From: Candidatus Taylorbacteria bacterium RIFCSPHIGHO2_01_FULL_46_22b
GTDB lineage: Bacteria > Patescibacteriota > Minisyncoccia > Phycocordibacterales > DSPV01
NCBI GenBank assembly: GCA_001820875.1
Contig: MHRF01000013.1
Coordinates: 73,992 to 137,991, forward strand
DNA: 64,000 nt
Reading direction: 5' to 3'
Made by a program: the position numbers and the translations under genes. The notes beneath the pieces were generated by a model, which saw nothing but the letters and a program-made list of their open reading frames with translations, searched no databases and had not been told where the DNA came from. This document shows, piece by piece, positions 9,456 to 19,536 of this stretch. Position 1 is the first letter of the stretch, and each line of letters starts with the position of its first letter.

Positions 9456-10942
9456 TTGAGTATCGTCACTACTCCCTTCTCCGCGTCCACTTCGACCATA
9501 TCGCCGGTTTTTAGTATTCTAGTGGCATTTTTGGTACCAACTATACAGGGCACTTTAAGTTCGCGGGAGATAATCGCCGCATGCGCGGTTACTCCGCCCT
9601 GATCGGTGACTACCGCCGCCGCTTTTTTCATAGCAACAACAAATTCCGGCGTAGTTTGATTTGCAACCAAAATTTCACCTTCCTTAAATTCCGCAATCTC
9701 TTTCGTATTGCGAAGCACTCGGACAATTCCTGTAACTTTTCCGCGAAATGCGGAAGATCCATGCAATTCAACCACTGCTCCTAATTTTGGAAACAAGTGA
9801 TCAACTTTTATTTTTGAATTAATTTCATCTGCGTATAGAGGGTAGGAATCAGCCTTTGCATACAAAATCAAAATCCCTTCTGTATATCTTCGCGATACTA
9901 AATTCCAATCAATAGGAATTCCTTTCAAAAAGGCAAAAAATTCTTCCGGAAGCGTGTAAAAAATAAGTTTAGAATCAAAATTGTTTCGTTGAGCAATTAA
10001 GGCAAGAGACTCATAAAATATCGTGTTGGTGCGCAATACGCATTCTTTTCTTCTATCTTGAATATGACTGAACAATTCGGCAATGCGAAGTACGTTTTTC
10101 AAACGCTCTGAAACCCCGAATGTCTTGCATAACACCTCTTTTGCTTTGCGATGGGCGTTAGGCATACCCTGTTTTGCATGAAGAATATCTTCAACATCTG
10201 GTGATGACTCTGCGAGTTTGGTTGCTTCAAGACGAATATCAGAGGCACTCACTCGTTTGTAATCAAGATAATTTGTTCGTACCCAAAAATAATTTCTTTC
10301 TGCGGAACGAACCAGTGAAGCAATACTCTCTTCAGTTTCATGTTTTTGTATAGCTAGAGCAATACGAAGGATCACCATCTCAAAATCACTCACAAATGAA
10401 CTAAACACCGAAGCCGTGAACGTGGTAATTACTTCATGTGTCGCCCTTTCTCCCAATTCCCCAATAATAATTTGCTGCAGCCAGTCATCAGTGCCTGTCG
10501 TAAGAAATGCATCAACTACATACCCGTATGATGCTTGTTCGACTTCAAGCTCATAGAGATGTTTCAACAAATACTGGAACTGTTCCGGAGAAAGCTCCTC
10601 CAAACACACATCACCGATAGTATTGAAATATTCAGTAAATGCCCGATATCGTTTCTCCCATTCAGAGAAAAATACAGGTGCAAACGAACGGTCAACAATT
10701 GCCGCATCAAGTAATAGATTCCGCTTGTCTTGCATCTCACTGGTTGACCAAAACCAATCCCAGCTATCTCGAGCAGTTTTATTTTGATAGACAAGCCCAA
10801 ACGATTGCGCGTACGGAAACCGCTTTGATCCAAGCGAAAGTCCCATTGCCTGAATATGAATACCGAAAAGATACCCCGCATAACTTTTAGGGAACCATTC
10901 AGTCGACGTATTTATCTGCGCAATAATTTCCTCTTTGGTCAT
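9452..10942 (-). CDS. Variable N-domain + swivel-His module (about 496 aa)
   Basis: TDQGGVTAHAAIISRE. Start moved to ATG 10942 (MTKEEIIAQ), which forms an ATGA overlap with the upstream stop. Confidence 0.9.
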   Translation of the reverse strand: MTKEEIIAQINTSTEWFPKSYAGYLFGIHIQAMGLSLGSKRFPYAQSFGLVYQNKTARDSWDWFWSTSEMQDKRNLLLDAAIVDRSFAPVFFSEWEKRYRAFTEYFNTIGDVCLEELSPEQFQYLLKHLYELEVEQASYGYVVDAFLTTGTDDWLQQIIIGELGERATHEVITTFTASVFSSFVSDFEMVILRIALAIQKHETEESIASLVRSAERNYFWVRTNYLDYKRVSASDIRLEATKLAESSPDVEDILHAKQGMPNAHRKAKEVLCKTFGVSERLKNVLRIAELFSHIQDRRKECVLRTNTIFYESLALIAQRNNFDSKLIFYTLPEEFFAFLKGIPIDWNLVSRRYTEGILILYAKADSYPLYADEINSKIKVDHLFPKLGAVVELHGSSAFRGKVTGIVRVLRNTKEIAEFKEGEILVANQTTPEFVVAMKKAAAVVTDQGGVTAHAAIISRELKVPCIVGTKNATRILKTGDMVEVDAEKGVVTILK

Positions 10943-12348
10943 AGTATCCGTACAACTCCATGATTTCCTTTCACTTCGACCAGATCGCCAGTTTTCAACA
11001 CTTTGGTCGCAACTTTCGTGCCGATCACACATGGTTTGCCCATTTCTCTCGCCACAATAGCGGCATGGCAGGTAATTCCACCTTCATCCGTAACAAATGC
11101 GGCCGCTTTTTTCATGGCGGGCAGATATTCGGGACGTGTCATCGATGCGACAAGAATTTCCCCTTCTTTAATCTCATTGAGTGATTCAAGTGTAGTGCAC
11201 ACTCTCACCCGCCCGCGCACTGTTCCTAAGGATGCAGCCGTGCCACGCAATTCATCCCCTTCGTGTGTATGTCCTTTAGTTAGAACTAAGACGGCTGATT
11301 CATATTCTTTACCCGTTAAAATCAAGATTTCTTCTGGAACCGCGACCACACACATACCCGCACGACGTTTTGACAATTCTGTCGCACGAGATGGGAGGGA
11401 CTCATTAAAATCAGGAGGTAATCCATACCTCAAATCATTCAGAGGAATCACTGTGCGACGGGACAATTCCTCAAGAAGTGTTTCGAGCCTTTCAACTGCA
11501 AGCAGAATATATTTTTTCCGTTCATCCTGCCAATCAGTCACAAAAGAAAGCACCTCGAACCGATCCACAAGTTCGGAGGGGAGAGAAAGTTTTTCTATCC
11601 AATATTTTTTATCTTTCTCGTTTTGTATCTTTCCACCTTTCATACGAAGTAGAGCATTCGCCTCACCCGCAATTTCGTCAACTGTCATCCGCCTGCGACC
11701 CGCATATGAATTACGCATCCATCCCCATTTTGTAATATATTTTGATATCGCCTCCATTCGCTCCTTCTTTGGAAATTTTCCTATCGCTCGTAATTCTTCT
11801 TCTGCTTCTTGCGCAAAAGATAGTGAATCAGGATTTGTCAACGAGACAAACACCTCGCTGAGTTCTTTCTCATCTTTAGTAAAAGGCTTAAGGGCAACCT
11901 TCAAACGTACATCGCTTGGAATTGCAAGCGCTTCGATGATATGTGCTGCACCAACCGAATCCGTCAGTGCGCGCATGGTTTTCTGGATAAACGTATATAG
12001 CTCGGTATCCGACAACGTGGACAAATCAGTACGGTCTATCTCTTCAAGATTTTTTGTATGCGGTTCTTGCGAAACAACATAATTTTTGCGTACCTCCTTG
12101 AAATAATTCTTGTCTTTCTCCCATTTACCGAATGCAAAATCGTGCAATCGTTCAAGATCGCTGACTCGATAATAGAGATCACCGCCTTCAGTTTTTGAAG
12201 TAAACAACCCTGCAGAATACCCCACCCCCAATTCTTTTTTCATCTCAAAACCCGAAAACCACGCGACCATTAGAAACACCGGCGTAAGATTGCCGCTTTG
12301 GATATACCAATCATCTTTCAACAAAATGTCTAGTTCTTCTTTACGCAT
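10939..12348 (-). CDS. Variable N-domain + swivel-His module (469 aa)
   Basis: TDEGGITCHAAIVAREMGKP; WGWMRNSY and WQDERKK. Confidence 0.93.
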   Translation of the reverse strand: MRKEELDILLKDDWYIQSGNLTPVFLMVAWFSGFEMKKELGVGYSAGLFTSKTEGGDLYYRVSDLERLHDFAFGKWEKDKNYFKEVRKNYVVSQEPHTKNLEEIDRTDLSTLSDTELYTFIQKTMRALTDSVGAAHIIEALAIPSDVRLKVALKPFTKDEKELSEVFVSLTNPDSLSFAQEAEEELRAIGKFPKKERMEAISKYITKWGWMRNSYAGRRRMTVDEIAGEANALLRMKGGKIQNEKDKKYWIEKLSLPSELVDRFEVLSFVTDWQDERKKYILLAVERLETLLEELSRRTVIPLNDLRYGLPPDFNESLPSRATELSKRRAGMCVVAVPEEILILTGKEYESAVLVLTKGHTHEGDELRGTAASLGTVRGRVRVCTTLESLNEIKEGEILVASMTRPEYLPAMKKAAAFVTDEGGITCHAAIVAREMGKPCVIGTKVATKVLKTGDLVEVKGNHGVVRIL

Positions 12349-13831
12349 GTTTCAAAATCGTGACAATTCCTTTCTCCAAATCAATCTCTATCGTATCGCC
12401 GGTTTTAAGGACTTTTGTTCCAATTCGCGTACCAATAACACAGGGCAGTCCAAGCTCTCGAGACACAATAGCGGCATGACAGGCAATACCGCCTTCATCT
12501 GTAATAATTGCTTTTGCCTTGCGCATCAGCGGGACAAACTCAATACGAGTCATGGAAGTTACTAAAATCTCTCCTTCATTAAAAACTTCGGTGTCCGGCT
12601 GATGAATAATCCGAACAACACCAGATACACTCTTCACTCCACCTCTACTCGCCACTTGGCCTTTCACTTCTGTGTCGTTCGATAGTGATGAATATACTTT
12701 GAAAAGCTCGTGCGCATCTGCGCCATAAAAAAGCTGGCGTTTCTTTCCTTTTTCCCAAACCGCAAACACACCTTCATTCCTCTGATCAATAATCTCTTTC
12801 GACACGCGCTCGCCAGTCTCTAGAAAATGTGCAAATTCATCGGACATGTAGGCGCTTAATTCTGAATAGCGCATGCCAACCTGCTGTGCAACATTAGTAA
12901 TAATCATCACGAGATAATAAAAATCTTTCATCATCCCTCGCTTGCGATAATCAATCCACAATATATTCTTCTCGGCAAACGCAAGATCTCTTTTGTCTTC
13001 ATCAGTCAACACAATATCTTTCATGTGCGATGTTCTCTCCTCATGCAGACGCGCAAAATTTTGTTGCATCGCATCAAATTCAGCTTGTATTCCCTCTGCT
13101 CCTTTCTCGGCTAAATATTTTTGTGCATCAGACAGAAGCGAAGCGGAAGTTATTTCAACCGCCTTGTAGAAATCCGACTTGAACCAGAAAAATTCGCCAA
13201 GATACTTTTTTACCAAGGCATCAGTACTTTCTTTTCTGGATAATTTCAAACAGATATTCAAAAAATACTCGCGCTCTATGTTGAGTATCGTCTTTGTCTC
13301 TGGATGAGAGAGCGTATTAAACAGATGATCGGCATCCGAAAGCGAAAGATGGTGACGTTCTGCAAACTTTGGAACTATGTCCGTGTGAATCACTCCACCT
13401 TTATCTTCTCCAATCGCACCGTAGTACCACCAATGAATGGAGTATTCGAGTAACTCGCGAAAGATCGGAGACAATTCTTTTGGGGATGCTTTTCCTCTAA
13501 CTTTAAAATATTTCTGCCAGACAAAATCAAGTCCTGCTTCAAAGTGCAAATGCTCTTTTATTTTTTCATCAAGCGTCTTTGGGTCTTTGCAATAGTCTTG
13601 ATATAACCGCTTGCCAGTATCCGCAATAATATGCCGTGCAATAATCTGATGGAAAGCAGTCGCATCCTCTTTCCATAAGTAACAGAAGGAGGGAGAAAAC
13701 GGTGAGTGATGAATCTTATCCGATTCTACGTATGCACCGAAAGCAATCTCACAAAACATAAAAGCCGCATTTGCCCGTGCAGAGTCAAATTCGTTACTTT
13801 TTAGATACGTAATTACCTCCTGTTTAGTCAT
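12341..13831 (-). CDS. Variable N-domain + swivel-His module (496 aa)
   Basis: TDEGGIACHAAIVSRELGLP; FFWFKSDFY and WIDYRKR. Confidence 0.93.
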   Translation of the reverse strand: MTKQEVITYLKSNEFDSARANAAFMFCEIAFGAYVESDKIHHSPFSPSFCYLWKEDATAFHQIIARHIIADTGKRLYQDYCKDPKTLDEKIKEHLHFEAGLDFVWQKYFKVRGKASPKELSPIFRELLEYSIHWWYYGAIGEDKGGVIHTDIVPKFAERHHLSLSDADHLFNTLSHPETKTILNIEREYFLNICLKLSRKESTDALVKKYLGEFFWFKSDFYKAVEITSASLLSDAQKYLAEKGAEGIQAEFDAMQQNFARLHEERTSHMKDIVLTDEDKRDLAFAEKNILWIDYRKRGMMKDFYYLVMIITNVAQQVGMRYSELSAYMSDEFAHFLETGERVSKEIIDQRNEGVFAVWEKGKKRQLFYGADAHELFKVYSSLSNDTEVKGQVASRGGVKSVSGVVRIIHQPDTEVFNEGEILVTSMTRIEFVPLMRKAKAIITDEGGIACHAAIVSRELGLPCVIGTRIGTKVLKTGDTIEIDLEKGIVTILKHA

Positions 13832-13877
13832 GTTGAAACAATGGCTTCATTGTTCCGTTTTTTGACGATTACGTCAA

Positions 13878-13953
13878 CCCCGTTAGAGATAGGTCGCGGT
13901 CAATTAGAGCCTGTAAATATGTGTTTTTCGAGCGGCCGCGATCTCTAACGGGA
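13878..13953. repeat. Small inverted-repeat (MITE/REP-like) element
   Basis: Terminal inverted repeats CCCGTTAGAGAT / ATCTCTAACGGG, with TCAA on both flanks. Confidence 0.7.
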
Positions 13954-13973
13954 TCAACAATACGGCCAAGATA

Positions 13974-14003
13974 TTGACTAATGGCAATATTTCGTGCTAT
14001 AAT
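13974..14003 (+). promoter_or_regulatory. Sigma70-type promoter for the SixA-like gene
   Basis: TTGACT-N18-TATAAT with a TG extended -10. Confidence 0.65.
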
Positions 14004-14101
14004 ATAAGAAGTACGCAACTGAACCTTGAGAGCTAAATTGGGTCTTGCCGATCCGAGCTTTCTCTACCAAACAATATCTGAACCCCCAACCAACCTACTG
14101 A

Positions 14102-14776
14102 ATGAACTCAAAACTGAACCAAACCATTGTAGCAAGACTCCTCCGTGGAGGATTTGCACTTACTCGACACAACACCAAATTCACCTTCCTCCGACACGCG
14201 CATGCGGTCGCCGCAGATGGTGGTCATGACTCGGACCGACGTATCTCGAGCAAAGGACAGAAGCAGTGCGCTGCCATGAAATCCGTCTTTGAGACACGGT
14301 CGTTCAATGTGACTTATCGCTCCCCGCTCATACGTGTGTGGGATACGCTAGTCGCACTCAACATCCAGAGCCCCGAAGATACCACGATTAAAGAACTGGT
14401 CATCGAGTACGGACAAGAAACCCGTCAGTCGGGTGTGCTCGACGCCGCCTACGAAATCATGGGGAGCGTCGGACTCGCTGATATCATGAAGCACAAAGAA
14501 GTCGCCACAGCGATGGACGAGTTCGCCGCCCATGCACTGGCAAAACTCAATCTGCAAATCCAAGATGTGTCAGCGGACCGCGGCCAGAAATTCAACGTCC
14601 TTGTCGCCGGCCACGGGTGGCTCAATCCCATTCTCGCATATTACATGGCGGGAACAAATGAGACAGCTCGTCGCCATCTCCTCTACCACCCAATGGGCGA
14701 GTGTGAAATCATCGAGGTGGGAATCACAGAAGATGGGAGTCCTATCTGGAACCACATCCCCTGTCCCGCCGTTTAA
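14102..14776 (+). CDS. Histidine phosphatase superfamily, SixA-like
   Basis: FLRHAHA...DSDRRISSKGQKQ, SPLIRVWDT and VLVAGH match the RH[GA], DxxRxLxxxG, SPxxRxxxT and vGH signatures. Confidence 0.82.
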   Translation: MNSKLNQTIVARLLRGGFALTRHNTKFTFLRHAHAVAADGGHDSDRRISSKGQKQCAAMKSVFETRSFNVTYRSPLIRVWDTLVALNIQSPEDTTIKELVIEYGQETRQSGVLDAAYEIMGSVGLADIMKHKEVATAMDEFAAHALAKLNLQIQDVSADRGQKFNVLVAGHGWLNPILAYYMAGTNETARRHLLYHPMGECEIIEVGITEDGSPIWNHIPCPAV

Positions 14777-14799
14777 CTCCGACCCGTTCAGTTCTCAAG

Positions 14800-14845
14800 A
14801 AGCCCGCGCGCGACCACCAATCGCCCGCGGGTTTTCCTTTTTTAT
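14800..14845 (+). terminator. Intrinsic terminator between convergent genes
   Basis: CCCGCG..GCGA / TCGC..CGCGGG stem followed by T tracts. Confidence 0.6.
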
Positions 14846-15135
14846 AAAAACGCTCGAGATGCAAATGGATAAAAATACTCTTTCAAGGCATCCCCACGTA
14901 TCTCATATTTGGGAGATTCCCGCACCGTGTCATCAATCACATCCTCTAAGAGAGAGAGTTCAGCTCCTCTTGCTTTCATTTCAGGCGCAGAGCTAAGTTG
15001 CTTGAGAATCACATGTGCTCGTACCAGACATTTCTCGGCATTTTCTCTATCCCCTTTTTCTTTCCAATCCAAAAGACGCGAGACTTCACTGCCTAAATTT
15101 GCGATCAAAAATCGTGGTGTGCGTACTACACTCAT
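14842..15135 (-). CDS. Small helical hypothetical protein (97 aa)
   Basis: IANLGSEVSR motif; ATGA-coupled to the upstream gene. Confidence 0.75.
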   Translation of the reverse strand: MSVVRTPRFLIANLGSEVSRLLDWKEKGDRENAEKCLVRAHVILKQLSSAPEMKARGAELSLLEDVIDDTVRESPKYEIRGDALKEYFYPFASRAFL

Positions 15136-15476
15136 ATAACTTTTGCATCTACAATTTCCTTTATTCTCTGCCGAATTTTGTCATCTTGAATATACATCTC
15201 TCTATTACCCAAAGATGGTTTGATATTGATAAGCGCCGTATATTCCAATCTCTCCTCTTTGGGTTTATTAAAGACAATATTGAAACCCCAAATATTCACC
15301 GCACTTGAGCCTGCATCAGTGAGTACGGTTGCCGCATCAATATGATATTCGCCTCCAAGCGCGACAACACCGTTTGCAATATCAATAGCTCCTTTTACCA
15401 TATCATCATAAAACTCCTTGCCGATTTCTTTGGCTTCGTCAATCGATATGGTATCTTTTATAATTTTTATATTCAC
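15132..15476 (-). CDS. DUF5674-like protein (114 aa)
   Basis: MVKGAIDI...GGEYHID...IWGFNI...INIKP pattern, recalled from memory; ATGA-coupled to the preceding swivel gene. Confidence 0.7.
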   Translation of the reverse strand: MNIKIIKDTISIDEAKEIGKEFYDDMVKGAIDIANGVVALGGEYHIDAATVLTDAGSSAVNIWGFNIVFNKPKEERLEYTALINIKPSLGNREMYIQDDKIRQRIKEIVDAKVI

Positions 15477-16960
15477 TCGGTTCTTTTTAGAACTTTAACT
15501 ATACCATTATTGGCATCAACTTCTACACTATCTCCATCCTTGAGAACTTTTGTTGCGATCTTGGTCGAAATTACACAGGGTTTTTTCATTTCGCGAGCAA
15601 CAATCGCCGCATGACAGAGGATACCTCCCTCGTCAGTGATAAACGCAGATGCTTTTTCCATTGCCGCAATATAAGACGGGAACGTCATCACGGTTACCAA
15701 AATATCTCCTCGCTTAACCTTATCAATATCATGCGGGGTCAAAACCACTTTTACGATACCCTGCACTTTGCCCGCAAACCCAACCTGACCTGATATCTCT
15801 TTAATATCTTTCAGATCTTCGTTTATAAAGTCTTGAATCTGTGCAAATTCATCTGCATCTTTCCCTTGGAGAATCAGCAATCCTCCTACATCTCGGAAAA
15901 GTGCCCAAGATTTTTTCCGCTCATCAATGCGTATCTTACTCAACAACTTTCCAACCCTCAAAGATTCCGAGATTTCTTCGGGTGATAGGTAAAGAATTTC
16001 TGCATAGCTGATCGATAGACGCTTAGCCGCCTCTTCAAGAAAAGGTATGGTATGAAAGAGAGCTTGATTAATGACATCTGTCCTATAAGTGCGCAGATAT
16101 ACATATTCTTTCACCATGTAAATCATTTTCCGATCGGTTTCCTCTACAGAAAACTTTTTGATGAATTCTTCAGCTAATTTTTCCACCTCAGCGGGCTTAT
16201 GTTCTAACATCTTTATTTTTTCTGGAATTTCCCCTATATCAAAGAGATGTTCCATTCTTTCCATAATATCTTTGGAACTAGGAGGCTTGCCTATCAACCA
16301 ACGTAGGGATAACCAGCTAAACCGTTTCAAATGGTCTTGAATACCCTTTAATAGCAATTTGTTTTCTCCTGTAATATCTTTTTTATCTCCTATAGATGAG
16401 AGTATCTTTAATAGCGAGAGTTGCTCAAACTGACCCTCATTAAGTTTGATTGGTTCAGACAAAACCTTCTTCCATTCCAAGATGTCACGGGAATCAGTGA
16501 CATACTTTTTGATAATCCTTGAGAGCTCACTGTCCAGAAAAGCGTCAAGCGATAGTACATACAGAAGAAAAACTGAAAATGCCCGTTGTCTGTCAGAAAT
16601 TTCCATGAGTACACCTGCGATATGCGTATGCGATTTCTGGCTTACGTCACTTGCATAAAGAGTGTTCGTATAAGCAAGGAGTTTGTTCCCCTCTTTCTCA
16701 CATATATCGCCCATATGCCACAGAAACGCTGGTCCCTCCTCTCTTAATCTCTTTAACTGTACTTCAGCAAAAGCTTCTCTACTCCCTTTACCAAAATAAT
16801 TGTCATCTTTGTAACTAGCGTAGATGTCATCAATAGGTACCGATAACACTTTATCTAGATATTTCTTGCAGGTATTAAAACAAGATGACGAGAGTGAAAA
16901 AGGCACATATGTCCTATTCACTATAAAATCCCATTCTCTTTTTTTCTTCCACGATTCCAT
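15473..16960 (-). CDS. Variable N-domain + swivel-His module (495 aa)
   Basis: TDEGGILCHAAIVAREMKKP; LRTYRTD. Confidence 0.93.
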   Translation of the reverse strand: MESWKKKREWDFIVNRTYVPFSLSSSCFNTCKKYLDKVLSVPIDDIYASYKDDNYFGKGSREAFAEVQLKRLREEGPAFLWHMGDICEKEGNKLLAYTNTLYASDVSQKSHTHIAGVLMEISDRQRAFSVFLLYVLSLDAFLDSELSRIIKKYVTDSRDILEWKKVLSEPIKLNEGQFEQLSLLKILSSIGDKKDITGENKLLLKGIQDHLKRFSWLSLRWLIGKPPSSKDIMERMEHLFDIGEIPEKIKMLEHKPAEVEKLAEEFIKKFSVEETDRKMIYMVKEYVYLRTYRTDVINQALFHTIPFLEEAAKRLSISYAEILYLSPEEISESLRVGKLLSKIRIDERKKSWALFRDVGGLLILQGKDADEFAQIQDFINEDLKDIKEISGQVGFAGKVQGIVKVVLTPHDIDKVKRGDILVTVMTFPSYIAAMEKASAFITDEGGILCHAAIVAREMKKPCVISTKIATKVLKDGDSVEVDANNGIVKVLKRTE

Positions 16961-16970
16961 CGGATATTTC

Positions 16971-18020
16971 TTACGCTCGTTTTAAGATTTTTACAATTCC
17001 TGTATTTGCATCCACCTCAATTTCATCTCCGTCTTTCAAAGCTTTGGTAGCAATTTTGGTTGCAACAATGCAGGGTTTCTGTAATTCACGTGCCATAATC
17101 GCCGCATGACACACCACACCGCCTTCATCAGTTACAAATGCTGCTGCTCGTTTCATCGCTGGTAGAAAATCCGGCAGTGTCATGGGCGCCACAATAATAT
17201 CCCCTGATTTTATTTTGTCTATCTCGCGAACACCATATAAAACTTTTGCAACACCTCGAACAATCCCTTTGAACGCTGATTGCCCCTTAAACTCTTTGAG
17301 ATCTGCTTTCACATTAATCTCCTCAAATTGGATGTTAAATTTCTCTTCAACAAAAGAGCGTGACGCACCTACATACAACTCATTGTTTGTAAAGAAATAA
17401 CCTGAAGCTCTCTGTCTCAAGATTTCCAGAGAAGGCGGCGTATTATTCTCAATCTCTTTGATTTGCAAAACCGCAACTAAATCACCGAGTGCCGGATATA
17501 ATTTTTCAAGTGATTTTCTAATCGTCGCTTCCGATCCAGGCACAAAACGTTCCGTTTCCTTGCGAAGCTTCATGAGACTCGAAAATTGTTCACCCAGCTT
17601 GTCTTTATACAGATCAAAAAGCGAGGACTCCCACCCCCACCAGACTGCTTCAAACCATGTCCACATGGATTCATATGCTTGTAGAAACTCTACAAGCTCT
17701 TTGTGCGACAAAATGGGTTCGTTTTCGTATATATTTTTTATCTTCTCAAATACTTTCCGAAATGGAATCTCAATGTAAGAAAAACTACCAGTGCGTAGAG
17801 CTTCATCAATAAGCAACTGTTCAACCCACCGAATACCTTGCTGGTTGTAGAAACCTTGGATTACCTTTCCCGTATACTCAAAAATAATATAGGGTAAAAA
17901 AGGTTGTTGTTTTGTTGTCCAAATTTTAGGGTTGACTGCTTCAGCTCTCCACCACACCTCGATTGTGGCGAGTGTAAAATCTCTGGAGAAATACTTCGTG
18001 TATACCGGCCTCTTATCCAT
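16971..18020 (-). CDS. Short-class variable N-domain + swivel-His module (349 aa)
   Basis: TDEGGVVCHAAIMARELQKP. Confidence 0.92.
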   Translation of the reverse strand: MDKRPVYTKYFSRDFTLATIEVWWRAEAVNPKIWTTKQQPFLPYIIFEYTGKVIQGFYNQQGIRWVEQLLIDEALRTGSFSYIEIPFRKVFEKIKNIYENEPILSHKELVEFLQAYESMWTWFEAVWWGWESSLFDLYKDKLGEQFSSLMKLRKETERFVPGSEATIRKSLEKLYPALGDLVAVLQIKEIENNTPPSLEILRQRASGYFFTNNELYVGASRSFVEEKFNIQFEEINVKADLKEFKGQSAFKGIVRGVAKVLYGVREIDKIKSGDIIVAPMTLPDFLPAMKRAAAFVTDEGGVVCHAAIMARELQKPCIVATKIATKALKDGDEIEVDANTGIVKILKRA

Positions 18021-19536
18021 TTGCTTTCTTGATTATTTTTACAACCCCCTTGTCCGCATCCACCTCAATGAGATCGCCGTCTTTTAGGACTTGGGTTGCT
18101 ACTTTTGTACCAACAATACAGGGCTTGCCAAATTCTCGAGACATTATGGCCGCATGAGAAAGCAATCCTCCTTCAACCGTTACAATAGCCCCTGCTCGTT
18201 TCATTGCAGGCACATAATCAGGACCAGTCATAGAACAGACTAGTATCTCACCCTCCTTCAGTGAGTACGAATCTTTTGGTGAAGATGCAATTTTTACTTT
18301 TCCTATCGCAACCCCACGCGAAGCGCTTTGTCCCTTAAATTCCATAATTCCAGCCTTAGAAACACTGAAAGAGTTTTCTATCCATTCACTCAATGCTCGC
18401 CCTTCATCTCCACTTGCAATCATCGACTCACCCGAAAGCAGAGCGAAGGTAAAAGCGTCACCGCGTTCCTTCAATTCAACTGGATTGATTTGTGCTTTTC
18501 CCTGCAACGCTCGTAGTATTTCTTCTGAAGTCAGGTGCTGTAATTCACCTGTGGTAATACTAAGACGTGATGCGACAAGTTCAAGTAAGGGTTTGAACTG
18601 TGCCCCCGCTCTCATCGCCTCATCTACACCGGCGGTTAGCACCCAGCCCAACCTTCGTGCCCACGCAATGTCTTTTATGAGTGTGGAATCACTCTGGAGC
18701 ACTGTGAGTAATTCCTCTGCTTTCTCTCTATTTTTCTTATGCATTTCTTGCTGAAGAGTAAAATCACGATGTGCCCCTTTCATAAGAGCATTCTTAATTT
18801 TTTCGATAAGTTCTTTCTTATCAAGCGGAGCAAGAGGCATGACAAAGTACGTCTTCATCCAACTATATTCATCAAGGTACGTGTTGAGCTTTTGTTGAAA
18901 AATACTATTGCTTTCAAAATCTTTCTCTTTTTCAGCGATACCCACCAGTTCAAAAAAATATCCTTGCTCTTCTTGAAAAGCTGCTTTTTTGACAGGAAAA
19001 ATCAAGAGTGTTAGAGCATCCGTCAAATCGATAATCTTTTCAACCTCATTCTTATGCGAAATGAGTCCTGACTTAACACGGTCAGTAAGCATGTTGTATT
19101 CTGAAATATACCAAGGTATGTAGAACCATGGAGTAATACGTATGAATGCTGCGTCGAATCGAATCCACAGTTCACCTAACTCCGTGTCAGTGATGTGAGT
19201 TCTCTGTATTTCTTTGTTAAAAGAATTCATCTTTTGTCGAAAGAATTGCATCTGTCCGACAGAGTTTCTCAACACATATTCAAGATAGTCTTCATTAAGA
19301 AGAGCTTCCCGAAGTTTCTGGAGCAAGGGAGATCTTTGAGAAAGTTTTGTATAACCATGACTTGAATTTGTAAAGAGATAATCGTAACGAAACACCCCAA
19401 ACTTTAAATCTTCTGGAAAATATTGATAGAGTCCTCGGGTGTGAAAATCAGACAGAAGTATGCAGTTCCCATTTCTTTGCTGAAATTCAAAATCCCATTC
19501 GCTTAGATTAAGGTCAGATTTTGTAAGTTTTTTCAT
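18013..19536 (-). CDS. Variable N-domain + swivel-His module (507 aa)
   Basis: TVEGGLLSHAAIMSREFGKP. Confidence 0.92.
   Translation of the reverse strand: MKKLTKSDLNLSEWDFEFQQRNGNCILLSDFHTRGLYQYFPEDLKFGVFRYDYLFTNSSHGYTKLSQRSPLLQKLREALLNEDYLEYVLRNSVGQMQFFRQKMNSFNKEIQRTHITDTELGELWIRFDAAFIRITPWFYIPWYISEYNMLTDRVKSGLISHKNEVEKIIDLTDALTLLIFPVKKAAFQEEQGYFFELVGIAEKEKDFESNSIFQQKLNTYLDEYSWMKTYFVMPLAPLDKKELIEKIKNALMKGAHRDFTLQQEMHKKNREKAEELLTVLQSDSTLIKDIAWARRLGWVLTAGVDEAMRAGAQFKPLLELVASRLSITTGELQHLTSEEILRALQGKAQINPVELKERGDAFTFALLSGESMIASGDEGRALSEWIENSFSVSKAGIMEFKGQSASRGVAIGKVKIASSPKDSYSLKEGEILVCSMTGPDYVPAMKRAGAIVTVEGGLLSHAAIMSREFGKPCIVGTKVATQVLKDGDLIEVDADKGVVKIIKKANG

Noticed and set aside
10943-11032. 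N-terminal extension of the 9452-11032 ORF
   Set aside because: It overlaps the upstream gene's swivel domain by about 90 bp. ATG 10942 gives the ATGA coupling seen elsewhere in the array.
11003-12082. 359-aa plus-strand ORF and many shorter antisense ORFs
   Set aside because: These are shadows of well-supported minus-strand genes, Ser-rich and without motifs.
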